DNA from: Octopus sinensis | Taxonomy: Eukaryota | Length of the DNA: 64,000 bases | Assembly: GCF_006345805.1 (NCBI RefSeq) | Contig: NW_021832538.1 | Span: forward strand, 48,151-112,150 | Reading direction: 5' to 3' | Shown: in pieces, positions 50,337-62,950 of the stretch | How the letters are laid out: each line of letters starts with the position of its first letter | Numbering within the stretch: position 1 is the stretch's first letter | The notes under the pieces: generated by a model | What the model saw: only the letters and a program-made list of their open reading frames with translations | What the model was told of the DNA's origin: nothing | The model's database searches: none | Program-made: the position numbers and the translations under genes

Positions 50337-50580
50337 CTTTTACTCTTTTACTTGTTTCAGTCATTTGACTGCGGCCATGCTGGAGCACCGCCTTTAATCG
50401 AGCAACTCGACCCCGAGACTTATTCTTTTTTTGTAAGCCCAGTACTTATTCTATCGGTCTCTTTTGCCGAACCGCTAAGTAACGGGGACATAAACACACC
50501 AGCATCGGTTGTCAAGCAATGCTAGGGGGACAAACACACTCACGCAAACACACACACGCATATATATATATATATATATA
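50337..50580 (-). mobile_element. SINE B 3' half, ending at its internal microsatellite
   Basis: Tail and body up to the (CA)(TA) tract. Confidence 0.88.
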
Positions 50581-50679
50581 TAATATATTAATAAATAAAA
50601 TAAAACATATGCATATATATAAACATATATGTACGTACCTACCTCTACATGTACATATACACGCATATATGAGTACAGG

Positions 50680-50885
50680 ACACCAAAAAGGACGTCGAAC
50701 ACAATGAGAAACGAAAACATAGACACAAACCAAAGGAACTGGACATTTATTTAAAAACAGCAAAAAAAAAAAGGAATACAGGACAATTAACACAAAGAAA
50801 AAAACCCTTCTTCAGTCGCTAAAGCTTTCATCTACTCTACGTTTCGAAGGATAAAAGCGAGACATATCTTCGACAAGAAAACTTT
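50680..50885 (-). mobile_element. Possible Penelope-like pLTR relic
   Basis: Minus strand TTTC-TTGTCGA-A-GATA...TATCCTTC-GAAAC-GTA-GAG. Confidence 0.4.
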
Positions 50886-51197
50886 CCTTCTTGCGAAAAG
50901 CAAATCAATTAAAATTCTGAGATCTTTTCGCAGAGGGGTAAAAAAATAGTAACAACAGGACAGTAATATGCTATCATATTTTATTGAGACTCGAAAGATG
51001 TTTCTAATCTTAAAACGTAAAGGGCCTGAACAAATACCACAGGGTATTTTGTGCATTACTATTAACGGATTCTGCTAAGTAACAATATGGAATTATGAAC
51101 TGTGAGACAGGTGCTGGCATCATTAGAACCAACAGCGATTCCATATAACACCACAGACATTAATAAACTTTACAGCTGTTTCTATATTACATAACCG

Positions 51198-51584
51198 TGG
51201 AGGCGCAATGGCCCAGTGGTTAGGGCAGCGGACTCGCGGTCGTAGGATCACGGTTTCGATTCCCAGACCGGGCGTTGTGAGTGTTTATTGAGCGAAAACA
51301 CCTAAAAGCTCTACGAGGCTCCGGCAGGGGATGGTGGTGATCCCTGCTGTACTCTTTCACCACAACTTTCTCTCACTCTTACTTCCTGTTTCTGTTGTAC
51401 CTGTATTTCAAAGGGCCGGCCTTGTCACTCTCTTGTGTCACGCTGAATATCCCCGAGAACTACGTTAAGGGTGCACGTGTCTGTGGAGTGCTCAGCCACT
51501 TACACGTTAATTTCACGAGCAGGCTGTTCCGTTGATTCGGATCAACCGGAACCCTCGTCGTCGTAACCGATGGAGTGCTTCCAA
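51198..51584 (+). mobile_element. SINE family C with TSD
   Basis: Perfect 12-bp TSD ATTACATAACCG at 51186-51197 and 51585-51596. Confidence 0.92.
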
Positions 51585-51597
51585 ATTACATAACCGA

Positions 51598-52170
51598 AGT
51601 AATTGTTCAGTTTAGTTGTATAAAAGAAGTAAATAAAAATTAAGGGGGAGATAAGTAGTAAAAGAAGGAAAGGGGCATTGGGTATTCTGTGGCATAGAGA
51701 GAGAGTCTCAAGAAAGTGTTTTTTGGTCGAAGTACCTGATTGCACAGAAGAAACCTTAGCTGAGCTGATACAAAAGTGGATTTTGCCCGGGTCTCACACA
51801 GTCAGCGATGGACGGCGAACATATAATGACATCGGTATCCTCAATGGTGGTGCCTACAAGTACGAGGTGATTATACACCGACAACATGTTGTTGATCCTC
51901 ATGATCAAGATGTCCACACACAAAATGCGAAGAATATGTGGATGCGGGTGAAACGGAAGTTGAGGCGACAGTTTGGGACATCGGACAAATCGTTTCATAT
52001 CTGCAGGAGTTTCCCTGGCGTAATTCCACTGAGAAAAACAAGATATTTGTTAACTTTCTGGCGCCGATCGCCAGTCTTTATGCTGTATAAAAGTAAGCTG
52101 CATTTTTTTATTACCTATCTCCCCCTTAATTTTATTTCCTTTTTTTATATAACTAAACTGAACAATTACC
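51598..52170 (+). mobile_element. Internally deleted Merlin (IS1595/ISXO2-like) DNA transposon
   Basis: TIRs of about 60 bp ((G/A)GTAATTGTTCAGTTTAGTT...), 9-bp TSD CATAACCGA/CCTAACCGA, transposase fragment inside. Confidence 0.85.
51678..52040 (+). pseudogene. Merlin DDE transposase C-terminal fragment
   Basis: RKCFLVEVPD.TEETL..LIQKWILPGS..VSDG..TY...H...VDP...VHTQNAKNMWMRVKRKLRR; the catalytic Glu position reads Lys. Confidence 0.8.
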
Positions 52171-52210
52171 CCTAACCGACTATCCTATAATGTTCCTCTG
52201 ACATCTACAC

Positions 52211-52528
52211 CAGCGGTTCTCAACAGAGAGCCATATGCCCCCTGAGGGTCTATATAAGATATTTGAGGATCCACGCATCAAAATAGCAAATTTGAGATCC
52301 ACAATATTTTTTTAAGGGCCCCTGAAAATTGATTTAGATGTAAGTATTACAAAAAACAGCCAGGTTTCTTTCTTTAACATTTTATATAGTTCAATCTACA
52401 CAAAATAGGGATTTTGACAGAAGTTTCTGTTAAACTAGTTTTTAAACATCGAATGGCTTTGGGGTGGTCTACCAGAATAAAATAGCAATCAAAAGGGTCC
52501 ACAGATAAAAAATGGTTGAGAACCACTG
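52211..52528. mobile_element. hAT-type MITE
   Basis: TIRs CAGCGGTTCTCAAC and GTTGAGAACCACTG; TSD ATCTACAC/ACCCACAC (6/8). Confidence 0.75.
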
Positions 52529-52704
52529 ACCCACACAATTGTATCAGACACGTAAACGATATGAGTGATCTTATCTATATTCTGCAGAACCCATCAAAAC
52601 AAGAACCCAGTGTTTAAGCATTGTCAAAACCAAATTAGGTTACCGATGAAGAAAACCCAAATAATGCCAAAGTAAGCGATCCCCACAGTCTATGAATCCA
52701 CAAA

Positions 52705-53066
52705 CACTTCGGCCTCTTGCGGCTTATGATGCCAAAATCCTTTTAGCCTGAAGTTGACCATGGCATTGCACCAAGAAAGTTACCCCTCCAAGGTACAAGT
52801 CTGGACAAAGTTGTTTATGGAAGGTCAGCAGTCGCCCATACATATCAGCTTCTCCTCTCCCCATGCTACCGATGTTATCCAAGGGAAAGGTAATGGGGCC
52901 GATACAGCTTGGCACCAGTGACGTCGCAACTCATTTCTACAGTTGAGTGAACGAGAGCAACGTAAAATAAAGTGTCTTGCTCAAGAACACAACACAGCCC
53001 GGCCCGGGAATCGAACTCACTACCTCATGATTGGGAGCCCGACGCTCTAACTCCTGGGCCATAGCC
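52705..53066 (-). mobile_element. SINE family D
   Basis: Reverse-complement match to 22778-23125. Confidence 0.8.
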
Positions 53067-53254
53067 TATAGTTAATCATATAATATATTTTGTAAAGGAC
53101 TGCTATTAATAAAACCCTACAGCTACATGCTGCGTCCCCTTCCTATCGTTACTACCACCATTGCAACTTGAGCTACTTTTCTGAACTGTCAAGGCGCCGT
53201 GTACCCCACATCTGGTCAAGAACCACTCGACTTGCCATTGTTCCTCCGTTCATA

Positions 53255-53664
53255 TACTCTTTACTCTTTTACTCTTTCACTTGTTTCAGTCAGTTGACTG
53301 CGGCCATGCTGGAGCACCACCTTTTAGTCGAGCAAATTGACCCCGGGACTTATTCTTTTGTAAGCCCAGTACTTATTCTATCGGTTTCTTTTGCCGAACC
53401 GCTAAGTAACGGGGACATAAACACACCAGCATCGGTTGTCAAGCAATGCTAGGGGGACAAACACAGACACACAAACACACACACAAACACACACACATAC
53501 ATATATATATACATATATACGACGGACTTCTTTCAGTTTCCGTCTACCAAATCCACTTCTGCTATAGCAGAAGACACTAGCCCAAGGTGCCACGCAGTGG
53601 GACTGAACCCGGAACCATGTGGTTGGTTAGCAAGCTACTTACCACACAGCCACTCCTGCGCCTA
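53255..53664 (-). mobile_element. SINE family B
   Basis: Family B body with a small internal deletion. Confidence 0.9.
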
Positions 53665-53934
53665 TGTTGAGATACACTACATTATTTTGTGGCATATCTC
53701 AGCACAAAAATAAAATTAGCACAACAACATTTAGTTAATTGCCATATGTTCTCATAACAACATATTGAATCAGCGTGAGCGAGCGAGTAAAGTTTCTTAT
53801 TAATTTCTCACAAAATAACGAATATGAAATAAAGACAGAAAAAAAATTGCGAGGCAAACGTGCCTCTAAAAACAAAAACAAAAACAAAGTGCGATTTGAA
53901 CATCATCCCGAGTTCCGGCGTATCAAAAATGGTC

Positions 53935-54346
53935 GGATCTTTTCGGTTTGAACGGCAGTTTTTTAAAATAATTTCCACGTAACTAAACACTTTTAAACTT
54001 CGTATACTGGTAGAATGTGTTTATAAAAACATCTTTTTCTTGTGGCTTTATTGAGAAAATTCTATAGTTTGTAAGATATTTGTTGTTGTTTTTTCTTCAA
54101 TTTCTGCAATCAACCAATCACTGACGTCTATTGAGGTGAAAGCATTCTGTGCCGTATGAATATGTCCCTCGTTTAAGAAACAGATTGGGTTTATTTACAT
54201 TTCCGAAGAAAAAAAAGGTACACCTAACCCTAACCCTAACCCTAAAACAGATTGAAATGCAATAGACTGATACTAGGGTCATAATTATGGGTGACAATTT
54301 CACATGACACCGCTAGAAAAAACTGCCGTTCAAATCGAAAAGATCC
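53935..54346. mobile_element. MITE with 28-bp TIRs and 8-bp TSD, copy 1
   Basis: TIR GGATCTTTTCGGTTTGAACGGCAGTTTT; perfect TSD AAATGGTC; internal (CCCTAA)n. Confidence 0.92.
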
Positions 54347-54455
54347 AAATGGTCGCCTTTGATTGGTTAAAATTCCCCCGAGGTATCAGTTTTTAAATAA
54401 CGTCTTTATTTTAATTCCTCCAAAAGGATTTTCGTAATTAACATGTAAATCTAGA

Positions 54456-54817
54456 TCTGCGGCCATGCTGGAGCACCGCCTTTAATCGAGCAACTCAACC
54501 CCAGGACGTATTCTTTTAGAAGCTCAGTACTTATTCTATCGGTCTCTTTTTTGCCGAACCGCTAAGTAACAGGGGACATAAACACACCAGCATCAGTTGT
54601 CAAGCAATGCTAGGGGAACAAACACAGACACACGAACACACACACACACATATATACATATATACGACGGGCTTCTTTCAGTTTCCATCTACCAAATCCA
54701 CTCACAAGGCTTTGGTCGGCCCGGGGTTATAATAGAAGACACTTGCCCAAGGTGCCACGCAGTGGGACTGAACCCGGAACCATGTGGTTGGTAAACAAGC
54801 TACTTACCACACAGCCA
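54456..54817 (-). mobile_element. SINE family B
   Basis: Family B body, both ends trimmed. Confidence 0.88.
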
Positions 54818-55254
54818 TTGAATTTTTTTTTTTTTTTTTGAAATCGCTAATGATATGGAAAACTGAAAAGATCCTGTACCAGCTATATTTGTCACATTTT
54901 TTTTTTTGTGTCACTGTTGTATCTAGTCCGTTATATTTGCCACAAGGACACCGAAAGAGTAGTAATAACTGCAGCAGAAAGCAAAGACACAACAGTGGTA
55001 GCTAAGAAGAAGAAATAGAATGTTTAAGATCTGAGTTCGTTTAAGTGTAGAACGATTGACATTTTCCTCTCACGCGTGCACGCACACACACCTATACAGA
55101 ACACCACACGCAACTGATGTATGTACACTCAACATCATTCGTGCACACACATACATGAATGTGCGTACATTACACACAAGCACACATACTCAAATCACAA
55201 CCCATATACACATGCAGACGCACACAGACAGTAAATAAACAGAAACGTTCACCC

Positions 55255-55604
55255 AACACACCTAATACATACAGACTCATACACACACACACACACACAC
55301 AGTCATACACACACAGTCATACACACACACACACACACTCATACACACACACACACACACTCATACACACACACACACTCATACACACACACACACACAC
55401 TCATACACACATACACACACACACTCATACACACATACACACACACACTCATACACACATACACACACACTCATACACACACACACACACTCATACACAC
55501 ACGCACATATGTATATAGGCAGAGAGTGAGAAAGAGAGAGAGAGAAAGAGAGAGAGAGAGAAAGAGAGAGAGAGAGGGAGAGAAAGAGAGAGAGAAAGAG
55601 AGAA

Positions 55605-55655
<51 letters not shown>
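55255..55655. repeat. Compound (CA)nCTCATA minisatellite followed by (AG)n
   Basis: Direct reading. Confidence 0.9.
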
Positions 55656-55658
<3 letters not shown>

Positions 55659-56217
55659 AATTGGAAATAGCAACATATGAAAACGTGTGAATGCGTGTGA
55701 GACGGAGTCGGATATTAAGTGTAAATCAGCAAATCCAACAGAACCGAATTTGCCCTTAATTGTGAAGTGGGGAAATAGGACATATTTGTATACGGCTTCG
55801 CAAAGGTGGTTCGCATTGTTCCTTTTAAGGCCAAGCCAATTCGGCGCTCTTAATTGCTGCTGACCTTTTCGTCATTAGACAGAACAAACTGTCAGAACAG
55901 TGAGTCATATTTCCAATGAACTTGAATCATTAAACACATCCTTTCAGATTTGCCGACTGACTTCAAAGGCGAAGCGCCAATCTCCAGGACCCACCTCTCT
56001 CCCCGCTGAGGTCGCAACCTTGTGACAAAACGAGGAAAAATGTTCGCACCGCCACAACCTTAATCTTTCCTGCTTTTATAAGCCGAGTGGTTGGTATCTG
56101 TCTCACCAAAATCGTTTCATATCAGGCAATTCAAAGTCATGAGTTGATCCTCGCACATATCCTGTCAGTCTCTCTCGTTAATATGTCATCGGTTTGCTAT
56201 TATTTGCTGGTTTGGTG

Positions 56218-56287
56218 AGGGCGCGTGGCTTAGTGGTTAGGGCATTCGGCTCATGATCGTAAGGTTGTGAGTTCGATTCCCGGCGAT
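56218..56287 (+). mobile_element. Isolated tRNA-like SINE head, D-type
   Basis: GGCTTAGTGGTTAG...GAGTTCGATTCCCGG, then breaks off. Confidence 0.7.
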
Positions 56288-56753
56288 GTACATGTGTGTG
56301 TGTGTGTGTTTGATGGGGTGTAGGAGACAGACAGTATGTTGTGTAAGTGAAGTGCTTCTGTTAGTGTGTGTGAAGAGACAGAGTAATGTGTGAAAGAAAG
56401 AGATAACTGAAATTTTTTACTCGGTGTATGTGTATATGTATGTATATTACTTCAAAAGTTCCCGCAAGCCCATATGTAAAAAAAAAAAATGTTTTTACGG
56501 AAATCGACGGAAAGGTCTACTAGAGACGAAAGATCGCCAAATATAATTGCTATTATCTACCTCTACTTCATTTGCATTTATTGTCCAACACTCCACCACG
56601 ACTCACCGGTCGCCCTCCTCTCTCCGGACTCCCACCCATCCTGTTTATGTTTTCATTCCAGTTTGTTTGCTCGCAATGGACTTCCTTGATGCTATTTTGA
56701 TTTCGAAGATCGTGGGTTAGGTGGCCACCTCTTGGCAAATCAACACAGCATTC

Positions 56754-57184
56754 GGATCTTTTCGGTTTGAATGGCAGTTTTTAACATAATTTCTAGGTAA
56801 CTAAAAAATTGTAAACTTCGTATACTGGTAGAATGTGTTTATAAAACATCTTTTTCTCTTGGCTTTATTGAGAACATTCTATGGTTTGTAAGATATTTGT
56901 TGTTTTCTTCCTTCAATTTCTGCAATTTCAACCAATCACTGACGTCTATTGAGGTGAAAACATTCTGTGCCGTATGAATATGTCCCTCGTTTAAGAAACA
57001 GATTGGGTTTATTTACATTTCTGAAGAAAAAAAGATACCCTTCCCCCACCCCTAACCATAACCCTAACTAACCCTAACCCTAAAACAGGTTGAAATGCAA
57101 TAGATCGATACCAGGGTCATAATTATGAGTGACATTTTCACATGACACCGCTAGAAAAAACTGCCGTTCAAACCGAAAAGATCC
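56754..57184. mobile_element. Same MITE, copy 2
   Basis: Same TIRs; TSD CAGCATTC/TAGCTTTC (6/8); longer CCCTAA tract. Confidence 0.9.
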
Positions 57185-57466
57185 TAGCTTTCCAAATATG
57201 ACTACTAGTCATAACTATTGTATCAACTCCTGTTAAAGCTTTCGAAAAAGGCGGGATTATGAAAACTTTCCACTTATCGTGAAAGATGAAGCAACTAATA
57301 TCTGAGAAAAGAAAAACAAATGAAATCCATCGTGTCTTAATTGATAAATTTTACAGATGCATTCCCTTATTTTATCTCTTGAGATAAAGGTGGGCGTCCA
57401 AGACCCGCCATTTGTTTAATGATTAATTCACCAACATACTACAGTCACAACCACTCTCTCTCTCTC

Positions 57467-57821
57467 TTTTACTCTTTTACTTGTTTCAGTTATTTGACTG
57501 CAGCCATGCTGGAGCACCGACTTTAGTCGAGCAAATCGACCCCGGGACTTATTCTTTGTAAGCCCAGTACTTATTCTATCGGTCTCTTTTGCCGAACCGC
57601 TAAGTAACGGGAACGTAAACACACCAGCATCGGTTGTCAAGCAATGCTAGGGGGACAAACACAGACACACAAACACACACACATACATATATATATACAT
57701 ATATATACGACAGGCTTCTTTCAGTTTCCGTCTACCAAGTCCACTCACAAGGCATTGGTCGGCCCGGAACTATAGCAGAAGACACTTGCCCAAGATGCCA
57801 CGCAGCCACTCCTGCGCCTAT
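57467..57821 (-). mobile_element. SINE family B with head deletion
   Basis: Family B body. Confidence 0.9.
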
Positions 57822-58032
57822 TTTCTGTTACTTCTAACACTATCTCAACAGTATTTCAAAATATCAGCACCAATAAGCCGTGTACCCTGTCCAGCGAAGT
57901 CCATTCAGTGTACCCACCGCCTCGCTCTTTGTCCCCATGCTCTGTATCACCAACCCCACTTGGTATTCCCGCTTCTCCACTCGCCATCCTTACTCTGTGT
58001 CATCTATGAAGTACACAAAAATACTTCATTTA

Positions 58033-58428
58033 TCTCTCTCTATATAAAGCTGAAGTTGTCTGTGTATGGCAGGTTTGGTAGCCTTTAATTAACATTATCT
58101 CCTCCGAGACCCTGCGGCGCAAGTTGACCAAAATTGAGAGTATGATAGAAAAAGGCTTGCTCTTCCTTCCGTAGAAGAAAAAAATTCAAATTCGACCATG
58201 TTAACACCAAAAATTATTTACATCAAAAAGGTGCTTTTTTTTTCTATGAAAATCCCTACTTTTTTACGATGTTTTGACTGCTGTGTCGCCATTTTTCGGT
58301 GTATTTCAACCAGAAAAATGTTCACTTAAAGAGAATAATATGCTACATAATGCAACATTTTTACTTTTCAAAAATTCCAATTATAAAGGGACGAAACAAA
58401 CCCGAGCAACGCCGGGCGATACTGATAG
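58033..58428 (+). mobile_element. Helitron F2, copy 2
   Basis: A|TCTCTCTCTATATAAAGCTG start; hairpin then ATAG|T (mutated CTAG). Confidence 0.88.
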
Positions 58429-58659
58429 TTACTTTTTATAACTGTTTCAATCCTGCAGAACGTTATGCTTGCAGACACCAATGTCCTGTGTAGTTCAGGC
58501 TGAACATCCACTAAATTGACTTCAACTGTCTTCAAAGCTTATAAAAACTGACTCTTTCCATGTCCCGGATACAAAAGCAATCCTCGATGCAACAGGAAAA
58601 CAAGAGCAACCGTTTAATTCAGAAACGTGTTGCATATCTAAAACAATAAAAATTGCAAA

Positions 58660-58840
58660 CGAATAAATAACTACCAAATCTCCCTCAAATTACACTCGCG
58701 AGTCTTAAAAGATAAAGGACCATTTGATAGTGTGGTCCTTGATCTACTATGTTGCAAAAACAAAATGGGATACAAAACGTTAAATCTCATTTGATCAAAG
58801 GTCTGCTGGAGCAGGATTTACGTCGGCTTAAACAACAATA
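58660..58840 (+). mobile_element. Family H 3' part, diverged
   Basis: CCAAATCTCCCTCAAATTACAC...AGGTCTGCTGGAGCAGG...TAAACAACAAT. Confidence 0.5.
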
Positions 58841-60650
58841 AAATATGTTTGACAAAAATCTCCAAATTTGGAGAAATTTTAAAAAGTAAACGGCTCAGCT
58901 TCGGATAAATGAAAATTACCTTTTTCAGGAGATTGTTCCCTGAACAGAAATCGTCATATAGTATATTCTGTTATGAATTCTATAGGAAAAATAAAAGGAA
59001 ACTAGAATGGAAACACTGCCATTAATCCAGGATTCGTGCTTGAGAGTCAATTTGCCTCAGAACCGAACAAAGTCTGGTTTGATATTTCATGTGAAGAGTA
59101 AATTTGATAATATATTTGTGTCTTTGAGAAAGTCTTCCACTGCAGTATACCGCATGGTGATTGAATTAGGTTAATCGTAATGATAGAAATTATTCTAAGC
59201 CGCAAACCTAGCTGTGAAAGCAAACGATACGAGAGAACACAAGATGTTCATATACAAATGTGTGGGTTGGGAATGGGAATATCTGTGTGTGTGTGAGAGA
59301 GAGAGAGAGGAAACTTCTTGCCGATTTCGACGATTGTGGATTCCACTGTAGACGCAAGTACCTAGTACTTCCGTCTAAAGTGGGAATCAAACCAGGATTT
59401 TAGTTCCCATATAAAGCTCCAGTCCTCACAAATTGCAAGTCACACTGAGCAAACTAGTAACAAAGTGGATAAGCATTTTCATTTCTTTTTTCCTGTTCTT
59501 TATCGGCCGATCTAATACCGAGGACTCAACCTTTTAATATATTGTGATGCAATTTTCCCCTATAATTTGCTCCCCTGCGCTATTCTTTCTTCCGAAGGCA
59601 GCGATAATTCGAAGAGCTAATTTCGACCTCAGTTTATCCCTTGCACCTCAACAGAAATCTTCCAATAATTCGTGCATCACCAAATAGTTGTCTATATAAG
59701 AGAACCTTGGGTGGGCGTTCTTTACTCATTCAGGTTATACAACCGGTCTGTTTAAGTTAAGACAAAACAGGAAAATCTTCAATATCTGAACTGTCCCATT
59801 TCTTGAAAAACAAATTTACATTAAGGGCGTATACCCAATGATGTTACAAAGCAACGTATCCAGAAGGCATCTAATTGTTCCAAAATGGCCCTACGAAGAG
59901 ATCAGATCTCAGATCTGTACAGCCAGTTAGAAAGGCCTACAGCTAGATACCCATAAGTTTTTGTTTAGAGAATAAGATCTCCCTAGTACCAGATGCTACA
60001 ATTTACCAAAGGGAGCTGTTGCGATTTTATCATAAAAGGGAGATACTTAGATTAATTCTGCCACCGAAGCATCGAAGTATAGTTAAGTTTAGGTTGAGCA
60101 TGGACCGACTATGAAATCATCAGTCTGCAAAAAGCGTAAGCAATGGGCCTTGCAATCGCGGAGAACAGAATATCGGATCGAAAAGCGTGACACAAAGGTC
60201 TAGCAGGTAAGAAAGAGGGAAGGGTTCGGAGATGACTGAGCTGCCAAGAAAGAGAAAACACGCGCGTGCGCACCCACAGTCAGATACACTCGCACGCACC
60301 CACATATGCATATACACACATACACACTCACAGACGTACACATACACGCCCACACTTATATACACCCATACACACGCACACATACATGCACACACACACA
60401 TACTCATACGCTCACACACTCGCATACACGCTCACGTACACACACACACATTTATAAATTCAGATAACAAGAAATATAACGACTAAATGAAGCTAATTTA
60501 GATGGAAATTCGTGAAGTAATCCACTTAGAAACGGATCACGTGAATATATTAGCATTTCAAACATACACATATAGAGATACACAGACACTTACAGGCAGA
60601 GACATACTCTTCCACACAGACAGACGCACAGACAGACACACTAATTTTCT

Positions 60651-61038
60651 CTTTTACTCTTTTACTTGTTTCAGTCATTTGACTGCGGCCATGCTGGAGC
60701 ACCGCCTTTAGTCGAGCAAATCGACCCCGGACTTATTCTTTTTGTAAGCCCAGTACTTATTCTATCGGTCTCTTTTGTCGAACCGCTAAGTGACGGGGAC
60801 GTAAACACACCAGCATCGGTTGTCAAGCAATGCTAGGGGGACAAACACACACACAAATATATACATATATACGACGGGCTTCTTTCAGTTTCCGTCTACC
60901 AAATCCACTCACAAGGCTTTGGTCGGCCCGGGGCTATAGTAGAAGACACTTGCCCAAGATGCCACGCAGTGGGACTGAACCCGGAACCATGTGGTTGGTA
61001 AGCAAGCTACTTACCACACAGCCACTCCTGTGCCTATA
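60651..61038 (-). mobile_element. SINE family B
   Basis: Near full-length body. Confidence 0.92.
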
Positions 61039-61057
61039 TATATGTACGCACATACAC

Positions 61058-61089
<32 letters not shown>

Positions 61090-61619
61090 TCACATACACA
61101 CACACACACACACATACATTTACACGTATGCAGAAATAAGTGGAACGATGGGGATTTAAAAACGAAATTCAAATCAAGCGTCCTTTGCATCCCTTTAAAA
61201 CCCGGCACCGACCAAGTGAAGTGGTTGTGTCGAGCAAGACAAAAGAAAACCGACATTAGACCTTCCAACCTCTCGGCGGTAATAAGGAGTAATTAATTGT
61301 GTCGAGAGAACTAATAAAGCCTGATCAAAAGGGGCGAGACGGGAGCAATACTAGCACTTAACATTTTTCATCGACTCAATTCACTTTCGTCTTTCAAACG
61401 TCGTTGGAAATATTTTCATTGAAGCTCTACGAAGCCAATTAAAAATACAACAAACCCGAACAAACGTATGAATGATTCATTGTCTAATTCAGTGAAAACG
61501 CTTATTGTTAATGTGGTTGTTGTTGTTGTTGTTATTGTTGTTTAACCCCAGGTCAGCCATGGTTCAACAGACCTGTTACCCATATTTATCTATATGCTGT
61601 GGTCGCTATTGCTCGCTGT

Positions 61620-62005
61620 TTAGTTAGTTAGTTAGTTAGTTAGTTAATTTTTTGGCTCAAAAAGCAAAAAGCAAGGCCATGTAGGGGGACATGGAGTTAT
61701 GTACAGGGTGGTGTTCATGCAAAGAGTTCAGGCCACTTGAGGTCAAGAGAGACTTTGAACCAAGCGGTCGTCGGCATCTTCACCATCTGTCTGGCAGCTG
61801 TTCCACGGACCGCCACCGGACGGAGAAAGCCCCTCTCCTTCGATTGAGATGAATCGTCGCAGGTAGAGCTTTTCGGAATGACCCGCACCGACGCTCTGGA
61901 GCAGGAGTGAAGAACAGCTCTTTCGAGAGGTTACACTTTCCGCTTATGATGTTGTGAGCAAGAATGAGATCACCACGGCGGCGGCGTTTAAGCTGTAGGT
62001 TAGAC
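61620..62005 (-). mobile_element. CR1-clade LINE 3' end with (CTAA)n tail
   Basis: LKRRRRGDLILAHNIISGK...LFF...HLNRRRGAFSVR...LP, with frameshifts; a typical CR1 ORF2 terminus. Confidence 0.8.
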
Positions 62006-62544
62006 ATGATTCAGTATAGCTGCAATTTTGTCCCCTTCTTGCTCAACCCGCAGATCAGCCGTGCTTCAACAAAGCTACAATTTATATCTTGTTGTGTTTT
62101 AACCTAGATCGACCATGATTCAACAGAGTTAACATCAACACGTCCAAGATTTAGTCCACTATAGCGGACTATAATATCCCTGGCCATATATATATATATG
62201 TTATCTATCTTTCTTACTATGGTAGATTGTGATTTGAACGATACTTAGTTACTTTTTTCCTGCAGGTCGAGTCGCCCCGTCGAAATTCCGTCTATAATAC
62301 ACGCGTATCTGCGCGCGATCATGCGAGTGAGAGCGCGCGCGCGTGTGTATATGGTATATTCAATTATTTGTTCTCCAATATTATATTATCTCTCTATAAC
62401 CTCACCACCACTTATACGTCCATATATGCATACATACACGCGCATATATATATATGGGTATGTGAATGCATTCATATGCTTGTGTATATATATAAATATG
62501 TTTCTGTGTGTGTATATATATATATATACAAACATATATATATA

Positions 62545-62950
62545 TTACTCTTTTACTCTTTTACTTGTTTCAGTCATTTGACTGTGGCCATGCTGGAGCA
62601 CCGCCTTTAGTCGAGCAAATCAAACCCAGGACTTATTCTTTGTAAGCCTAGTACTTATTCTATCGGCAGCTTTTACCGAACCGCTAAGTTACGGGGGGCG
62701 TAAACACACCAGCATCCGTTGTCAAGCGATGTTGGGAGGACAAACACAGACACACAAACATATACACACTCATACATAAATATATATATATATACACATA
62801 TATACGACGGGTTTCTTTCAGTTTCCGTCTACCAACTTTGGTCGGCCCGAGGCTATAGTAGAAGACACTTGCCCAAGATGCCACGCAGTGGGATTGAACC
62901 CGGAACCATGTGGTTCGTAAGCAAGCTACTTACCACACAGCCACTCCTAC
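62545..62950 (-). mobile_element. SINE family B
   Basis: Family B body with a small internal deletion. Confidence 0.9.

Noticed and set aside
51198-51275. tRNA-like sequences (also 36827, 22778, 56218, 12428)
   Set aside because: A and B boxes are present, but there is no proper acceptor stem and most continue into SINE bodies; these are SINE heads, not tRNA genes.
54223-54245. CCCTAA tracts as true telomere or chromosome-fusion scars
   Set aside because: They are short and sit at the same position inside both MITE copies.
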